Origin: the human T2T-CHM13v2.0 reference genome, Homo sapiens
Reading direction: 5' to 3'
Assembly: GCA_009914755.4 (NCBI GenBank)
Contig: CP086569.2
Location: forward strand, 12,672,001-12,736,000
Length of the DNA stretch: 64,000 nucleotides
The notes beneath the pieces were generated by a model. It saw nothing but the letters and a program-made list of their open reading frames with translations. It ran no database searches and had not been told where the DNA came from. This document shows, in pieces, positions 56,226-64,000 of the stretch. The position numbers were made by a program, and so were the translations under genes. How positions within the stretch are numbered: position 1 is the first letter of the stretch; each line of letters begins with the position of its first letter.

Positions 56226-57129
56226 GATCTGATTTAAGTTTTAAAGGGTCACTCTTGCTGCCGTGTGGAGATGATTCTGAAGGAAGAAATGGAAGCTGGG
56301 AGGCCAGTTAGTGAAACAGAATACTCCAGGCAGATTACCTGGCTTTGCATCGTACCTTGGCTACAAAACTTACCTAAGGAACTGGGTCTATGTTTTACAA
56401 TCTGCAGAATGGAGACAACGATTGATTTTCATGTCCAAGAGACATTGTTAGAATCAAATGAAATGACACAAGTGAGAGGACTTTGAGAAATACAAAACAT
56501 TTTATGCATCTAAGGATTAAACCACCCATTTCTAATCTCATCTCCCTAAACTGCCCTAAAACACCACATCTGACACTACTTCTTGCTCTATGCCCTTTCA
56601 GCTCCCTACTCATTAATTCGTTTGGAGGTGCTATGATGTACTATAACAGAAAACATAGGTTATGGTATATAGTATGGTGCTATAAATACATAACCACAAA
56701 ACATAGTCCCAATTTGCATTGCTTGAAATACATGTTTCTATGAAGAAGACTAGTATTTGGTGATCTGTTCTCCAAAAAGAAACTGTTTGGATGACCCAAA
56801 ACACCATTCTGGAAAACACACACACCCACACAAATACACACACACACACACACTCATTTCATACACACATTGATACATGCAGAACTTTCTTAGAGGCCAG
56901 AAAACATTTCAATTAAGAATTAAGATGATTGGTCTCTTAACCAAAATCCACCTGTGTAAAGAAACAATGTAGCCAAATCCACCTGTGTAACCAAAATCTA
57001 CCTGTGTAAAGAAACAAAGTAGCAGTCAGAAAGAAGTTCATGAGGACTTGTCCTGGTTCCTCCACTAAACCAAGCTCAAGGTTCACTCACCTGCAAATTT
57101 ATTCATTCAGCCAACATCAAGTCAGTGCC

Positions 57130-57270
57130 CATTTTGTTCAGTTTTCTCATTTAACTTCCATAGCACCCTGTGAGTAATTATCATTTCCCCTATTTGACAT
57201 GTGAAAAAACTAAGGCTTTGAGGAGCAAATGACTTACAAAAGTATTACTAGTTAGTGGTAGCATAGAGCA
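57130..57270 (-). mobile_element. MIR SINE fragment, antisense
   Basis: catttaacttccatagcaccctgtgagtaattatcatttcccctatttgacatgtgaaaaaactaaggctttgaggagcaaatgacttacaaaagtattactagttagtggtagcatagagc matches the reverse complement of MIR (catttaatcctcacaacaaccctatgaggtaggtactattattatccccattttacagatgaggaaactgaggcacagagaggttaagtaacttgcccaaggtcacacagctagtaagtggcagagc). Confidence 0.65.
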
Positions 57271-57990
57271 TACCCAAAGCGCAATCCCAGTGTGCAATTC
57301 GTGGGGCTCAGAGACCACTCCAAAAGGAAGGCCTGTGAAGCTGCCTCAGAAGCAAATGTTTTTCTCTGACCTTCTCCTCCCTTCGTGTTTCTGGCCCCTA
57401 CAGCTTCCCCGCAGTTAGCCATCGAAACTAGAATCCCTCTTCCCCAAGGCAGGTCACAGAAACCAGAACCCCTTTTCTCCAAAGCCAGCCATAAAACCTA
57501 AAAATACTACTATAACTTTCCCTCTGCCATTCTATGTTAAAAAACTGGACATGAAGAAATTAATCTGACCTACCTTATTTGACTTATTCTACAGTCATTT
57601 GACTTATTTGCTGAAAGGGTCCTGCCCCACGCCCCAGAAGGAAGGACTGCACAGAGGCCAAGAAGGAAAGAATGTATGCTCAGAGAGGCCCACCCTCTCT
57701 CCTTCTATTCCAGCATAGAACAGAGTCACACCTAATGCACCCACAGAACAGCGCCTTGTGTTTAATGCGTTGCTTTCAGTCCATTTCACCAGCATGTAAG
57801 AGCCCATGTGGATGATACATGCTTTCCCCTTTAGTTTCAACTCAAAGACATCATTTCTCAAAATATATCTACACAGACAGGCTTTGCTAGGTTCCCCACT
57901 CACTCTGTTAGCATTAGATCATTCCCTCTTTATCCAATCATATTTCTACATGACTGTTCATACTATGTTGAAACTAAGCATAAAAATGGA

Positions 57991-58303
<313 letters not shown>

Positions 58304-59532
58304 GGACACTATTCTCCGTTTTGTGGTCTTCATTCTGAAGGCTCCAATGTATACATATTACATAAATGTGTATGCCTTTTCTCCTTTGAATCTGCCTTTT
58401 GTAAGTTGATTTTTCACCAAACTTTGAGACCTTTTAGAGCACCTTGGCCCCTCCTCATCCCTCTCTAGACTGTGAGACCATTCACTGCAACTTCTAACTG
58501 CTGCTGGTGAGGGAGGAAGGCAGTGGGAAGGCACGCAAAACTGCATTTCAAATCAAAGGACAAATTCAGACCAGATGAAAACTAAGATAAAAGAGCCAGT
58601 CTTTGAAAAACATTGTTGTCTATTTCTCCTCTAATGTGCAGAGAGGTAACTGTTAAGAATCTGAAAAAGAATCAAACACACTTGCTCAGCAATAAAGAAA
58701 ACGTAATTTACTTTATATTTCCTGCACTCTCATTCCAAGTGAGGGGACATGGGAACAGCTTAGCAGAACAATCCTGTACAATTTAGTTGGAAATGGTGGG
58801 TGGATATTAACACAACCCTCTCAGGACGGAGAAGAAGCTGTCAGCCCAACCTCCACCTCCGCCTCCTGGAGTCTGGCCAGGCTCATGCTGCCCTATCCAG
58901 ATATCTAGAGTGAGCAGCCCACAGGCACAGAGCCAAATCCAGAAGTAGGTAAAGTTCAACTTGATCACAGGAAAAGACTGGAAATTCACTCAAAGGGAGG
59001 CCTCGGTGATTTATTACGGCCTAAAACGTGAGGCCTCAGCAAACCATCTTTCTCAGTGGTCTTTGTGCTCTCTCAGGACTCAGAGCCTTTAGGAAAATGT
59101 CCTGCTGGACCCATGTAAGAAAGAAGGACTGAACAGCATTGCTAAGCCTTCAGAAAAACCCTGGGAACATGCCTCCTATCAAGCAGCTTTGGAAGATGTC
59201 TTTGACCTAGCCATCTAGTAGCCCACAAGGCAGTAACCTATAAGCCAGTTCTGCCAGAGATGACTGTTCAGGGTGACAATTCCAGGATTATACAACCCTC
59301 ACAGCCTTTCCTAACATCTGCCTAACTCTGCCTATACAGGGCCCTTCTTCTGTTCTTCCAGAAAACAGAGAATAATTTTCCTTTCCTCCCCTCCCCGCCC
59401 TCCTCTCTCCTTTCTCTCTCTCTCCTTTTCCCTCTCTCTTCTCACACAAACACACACACACACAACCATCAGTGTTGCAAGCCCTTCAATCTGTCCTTCT
59501 CCAAATCCAGGACACCTAATTAAACTCCTCCA

Positions 59533-59848
59533 GGCTGGGCGTGGTGACGCACGCCTGTAATCACAGCACTTTGGGAGGCCAAGGTGGGTGGATCACGAGG
59601 TCAGGAGATCGAGACCATCCTGGCTAACTTGGTGAAACCCTGTCTCTACTAAAACAAAATACAAAAAATTAGCTGGGCGTGGTGGCAGGTGCCTGTAGTC
59701 CCAGCTACTCGGGAAGCTGAGGCAGGAGAATGTCATGAACCCGGGAGGCAGAGCTTGCAGTGAGCCAAGATCGCACCACTGCACTCCAGCCTGTGAGACA
59801 GCGTGACTCCGTCTCAAAAAAAAATATATATATAAATATTCCTCCAAA
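59533..59848 (+). mobile_element. Alu SINE, sense, with an A-run and (TA)n tail
   Basis: ggctgggcgtggtgacgcacgcctgtaatcacagcactttgggaggccaaggtgggtggatcacgaggtcaggagatcgagaccatcctggctaacttggtgaaaccctgtctc...ccagcctgtgagacagcgtgactccgtctc, then aaaaaaaaatatatatataaatatt. Confidence 0.93.
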
Positions 59849-61623
59849 GAAGAAGAGAAAAACAGTAAACCATCTCCATTAACTTTCTTCACTCCTAGAT
59901 TGCACATACAAATATCTTGTAAACCCTCATGCTCTCAAAGACAGCATTCATTACTCTGGGCCTGCCAGGAGAATGATCTCAGCTCTTTAGAAGGCTAGGG
60001 CAAGGCTGTCTTCCGAAGTTCACCATGCTAACTTCTTGTCTCTGACACGCCCTTCATCGCTAGTACTTAAAGAGGCACTGAAAAGCGAAAATAACTCTGA
60101 AGACCTGAGAGGCTGATAACTTGGCTACTTTGCAGCAATGTGCTGGCCTGGGGATTCACAATCTCTGTTTCTTTCCTAGGTCATTTAAAGGGATACATCT
60201 CTCGATGAGAAAATGTACCGCTCATGATGTCACCTGAGACAATCATGGGAGGGCAGTGAGTCCTGAGTATTTGTATCACTCATGTGGGAAAAATTTCTGG
60301 ATAATGGATAGCATGCCTGGCACTCCTGCCCACCCTCTCTCAGTCTATTCCAGCATCGAACAGAGTCACACCTAATGCGCCTACGGAACAGCTCTTGTGT
60401 TTTATGCGTGGCTTTCAGTCCATTTCACCGGGATGTAAAAGCCCATTTGGATGACACATGCTTTCCCCTCTACTCTCCGTTCAAAGACATCATTTCTCTA
60501 AAGTTTCAATCAGGACAATATGCCCCTAGCTACTTGGACACTGTTCCTCAGGCCCTTCTACTTACCCACACATCCCACCCTGCTTAGCTGACCCTTTGAT
60601 TCATTTAGCCAGTCATTCCAAGAAGCATTTTGTGGGCATTTCCCATGTGGTAAACGCTGGGCATACCCCGGGCCATGAAAATGAATTATCTCTGCCCACC
60701 AGAATCCCAGAGCCTAGCTGGGGAGACAAGTACAAAACTATCATAATGACACGACACCTGTGAAAAAAGAAGTTCTCTTGAGATGCTACAGCAACACAGA
60801 TACGGATAAATTACCAACCTGAGTGAGCCAGGAAAGGCCTCTCAGAGAGGATGATAAGAGAAATGGTATTTACTGTGGGACTGAGAAAAGCATAGATGCT
60901 TACCAGGTGGAAACAGAGAGGGCGTAAGGAACCAACACCGATCAACAATAATGGGATCAGACACTGGGCACTCACCTTGTAGTTCCAGCATCAGACGAAG
61001 CCTCACTCCAAGTCCTTAAGACACTTGGCTTAGTCTCTGTACATTGAGAATCACATACCTGCCCTTTCAGGGAACGTCTCGTTTAATTAAGCAGGAAACC
61101 AGTACTCAGTGTAGAGGAGTGGCTTGCTCATCGTCATCCCATGAGCGGTGCCTCTTGTTTTTTGTTCTCCCTGACTCCACTTCCAAATAAAATAAACCCT
61201 TTCTTAAAACATTCTGATTCTTCGTGTTAAAGCTTCCCTTGCCGAAAGAAAAGCATCCAAATGCCAAACACTTGTAGGAAGCAATATAGAGGCATCATCT
61301 CAGCCAGCAATGTGTGTAAGCCATTACTAAATCTCACAGCAGCAATCACACTGGTACAGGCAGAAATAAGTAAAACTTAAATGTAATAAATATGACTCTT
61401 TCTTTTTAGAATCACTAGTACATGTTCAGTAGTAGCCAACTAATATCATTTAGGAAAACGATATTAGTTCTGTCATTTAGGAAAATGACAGTTGAACGTC
61501 GTTATTCAATAATTCAATAGATAGAATACCCATGGCTGGAGAGTCAAGATCTAGAACAGTCTCAACATTGACTGCACGTGAAAACCACCAGGGAAGCTCT
61601 TTCTGTAAGAATCAATGCTGCAG

Positions 61624-61907
61624 GCCAGGCGCAGTGGCTCATGCCTGTAACCCCAGCACTTTGGGAGGCCGAGGTGGATGGATCACCTGAGGTCAGGAGT
61701 TTGAGACCAGCCTGGCCAACATGGTGAAACCCCATCTCTACTAAAAATACGAAAAAAAAAAAAATTAGCCAGGCATGGTGGCGGGTGCCTGTAGTCCCAG
61801 CTGCTCGGGAGGCTGAGGCAGGAGATGGCATGAACCCAGGAGGCAGAGCTTGCAGTTAGCCAAGATCGTACAACTGCACTCCATTCCATCTCAAAAAAAA
61901 AAAAAAA
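61624..61907 (+). mobile_element. Alu SINE, sense, TSD agaatcaatgctgca
   Basis: ggccaggcgcagtggctcatgcctgtaaccccagcactttgggaggccgaggtggatggatcacctgaggtcaggagtttgagaccagcctggccaacatggtgaaacccc...gcaactgcactccattccatctc plus A15. A 15-bp direct repeat agaatcaatgctgca sits on both flanks. Confidence 0.95.
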
Positions 61908-62029
61908 GAATCAATGCTGCAAAGCAATGAAAACCTGCATCTGGAGGTGGGTCCTGGTAGAGCTGGCCCTCAGGCAAGGGGAGAGCCATGGGTCTTAGAG
62001 GACCTGGCCCAGGAAGAAGATGACCAGCA

Positions 62030-62120
62030 AGGCCCTGGTCATGGGATGACAATGAGCAAACCACTCCTCTGCTAAGTACTGGTTTCCTGATCTGTAAAAT
62101 GAGGAGAAATTTGGTTGTTT
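62030..62120 (+). mobile_element. MIR SINE core fragment
   Basis: ...gagcaaaccactcctctgctaagtactggtttcctgatctgtaaaatgaggagaaatttgg resembles the MIR core (cagtttcctcatctgtaaaatgggga). Confidence 0.5.
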
Positions 62121-62541
62121 AAAAGTTTATTGTCTGAGTCAAGGGAGGGAGTTTGGACAGAAATGCTTTATAACTATCAAGAATCCTTTAGAGAAAAGGG
62201 AATGGTGTCAATCAATAGCAACCCTTCTAATTGATGTACTGGGTTATGGGGACACGAAGTGTCGTGTTGGTATTTCTAGTACTTGTTTATCTCAAATGCC
62301 TTGGAGGGAAATGGTACATTCATAAAAATGGGCAACGTGGAGGAGCATGTTTCTGGAGCTGAGTTACCAACCTTGATTTTCATGTGTTAATTTTGAGGTG
62401 CAGGTAGAGAGGTCCACAAGAGAGGCAGTTGAACAGGTAGAATATAGCTTGAGAGAAATTAGGACTAAAAATACAGATTGGGTAAATATTTGTGTATAAT
62501 TTGGGTGAGATTGATTCCTGCAACCCATAAATCTGCTGCCT

Positions 62542-62852
<311 letters not shown>

Positions 62853-63178
62853 CTAAATGTCTTCTGAGCCTTCCAGACTTTCCTTTAATAGTTCAGTAAA
62901 ATGGCTCCAATTTCCATGTGCAGTTCATTTGAGATCAACTGTCCTGGACCTTGACTCTCCAGCCATGGGTGGAGTATTCTATCTATTGAATTCTTGAATA
63001 ATGATATTTAACTAATATTATATTCTACGGGAAACCCAGTGCTCCCACTAAGATTTCTGTAGATTCCCAGAAAATTAGGGGTGTGGAGTGCAGCTTATGT
63101 TTATTACAACTTTTCCTTCCATTGAATCTCCTATGTCCTTTCTAATTGGTTCGTACTGACTCCCCAAAGCCCCACTAA

Positions 63179-63496
<318 letters not shown>

Positions 63497-64000
63497 CTTG
63501 TCCCACACTTTTATTAGGTTTGGCAGTAATGGCAGAAGATAAAACCAAGACCAGGAACAACTTCACCTTGACAGTTGGACATCCCATCCATCCCAACCTT
63601 GGAAAATTTCTCATTGAGTGGATTTCTCTGCAGTCCTCATCTGCTTCCGTGTTTGTAGCCCCCTTTCCCTACCCTGCCCACACACTCTTCTCGGAGCTCT
63701 CTAATTCTCTGCATGTTTCTGCTTTTGCTTTCAGTCCTACTTCCTGAATTGCCCGTGGAATCTCAAAATTCTTCTCCCTGTATCACACAGACGAAGTCAG
63801 CTCTATCTTGTACTTAATGTCACCCAAATAGGTTGTGTCAAGGAGGCGTTTCACTTTTCTGTCCATAAAGGTCCCCTCAAGCTGCATCAAGTCATATTCT
63901 TAAACAATAGAAATATCTACCCATAAAACAAGGGTTTGCAACTTCTGCAGATGACAAAAGCAGCCATATCTATCTCAGAAAAGACATATTTTCTTCCCAC

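Overview
This window is primate, almost certainly human, genomic DNA, not a prokaryotic or viral locus. It has the architecture of an intron or intergenic stretch in a gene-rich, Alu-dense region. By eye it contains about 35 Alu insertions in both orientations, several with intact target-site duplications (TSDs) and the CpG-rich AluY signature. There are at least seven LINE-1 segments, including a roughly 6 kb ancient near-full-length L1 at 36480-42610 riddled with five sense-oriented Alus, and two tandem antisense L1 3' ends at 28975-31770. Other repeats are two MaLR (THE1/MST-type) LTRs, two ERVL-type LTRs, three MADE1 (Hsmar1-derived) palindromic MITEs, several MIR fragments and one Deu-domain SINE relic. 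Microsatellites include a 235-bp (GAAA)n, (GA)n/(GGGAGA)n, (AT)n, (TTTTA)n and a CT-rich tract. The one protein-related element I can identify with confidence is a frameshifted, 5'-truncated processed pseudogene of RCC2 (TD-60) on the minus strand at about 15960-17478. Its 5' end abuts, head-to-head, the 5'-truncation point of a plus-strand L1. A second non-repeat feature is a roughly 1 kb CpG-rich block at 23860-24930 with a CpG-island-like core and a downstream AATAAA, but no ORF I can recognise. I found no intact protein-coding gene, rRNA, tRNA or CRISPR array. Most ORFs in the supplied track are translations of Alu, microsatellite or GC-rich noncoding sequence. Repeat family names and all coordinates were assigned by eye from remembered consensus sequences, so they are approximate to about 10 bp and should be confirmed with RepeatMasker/Dfam.
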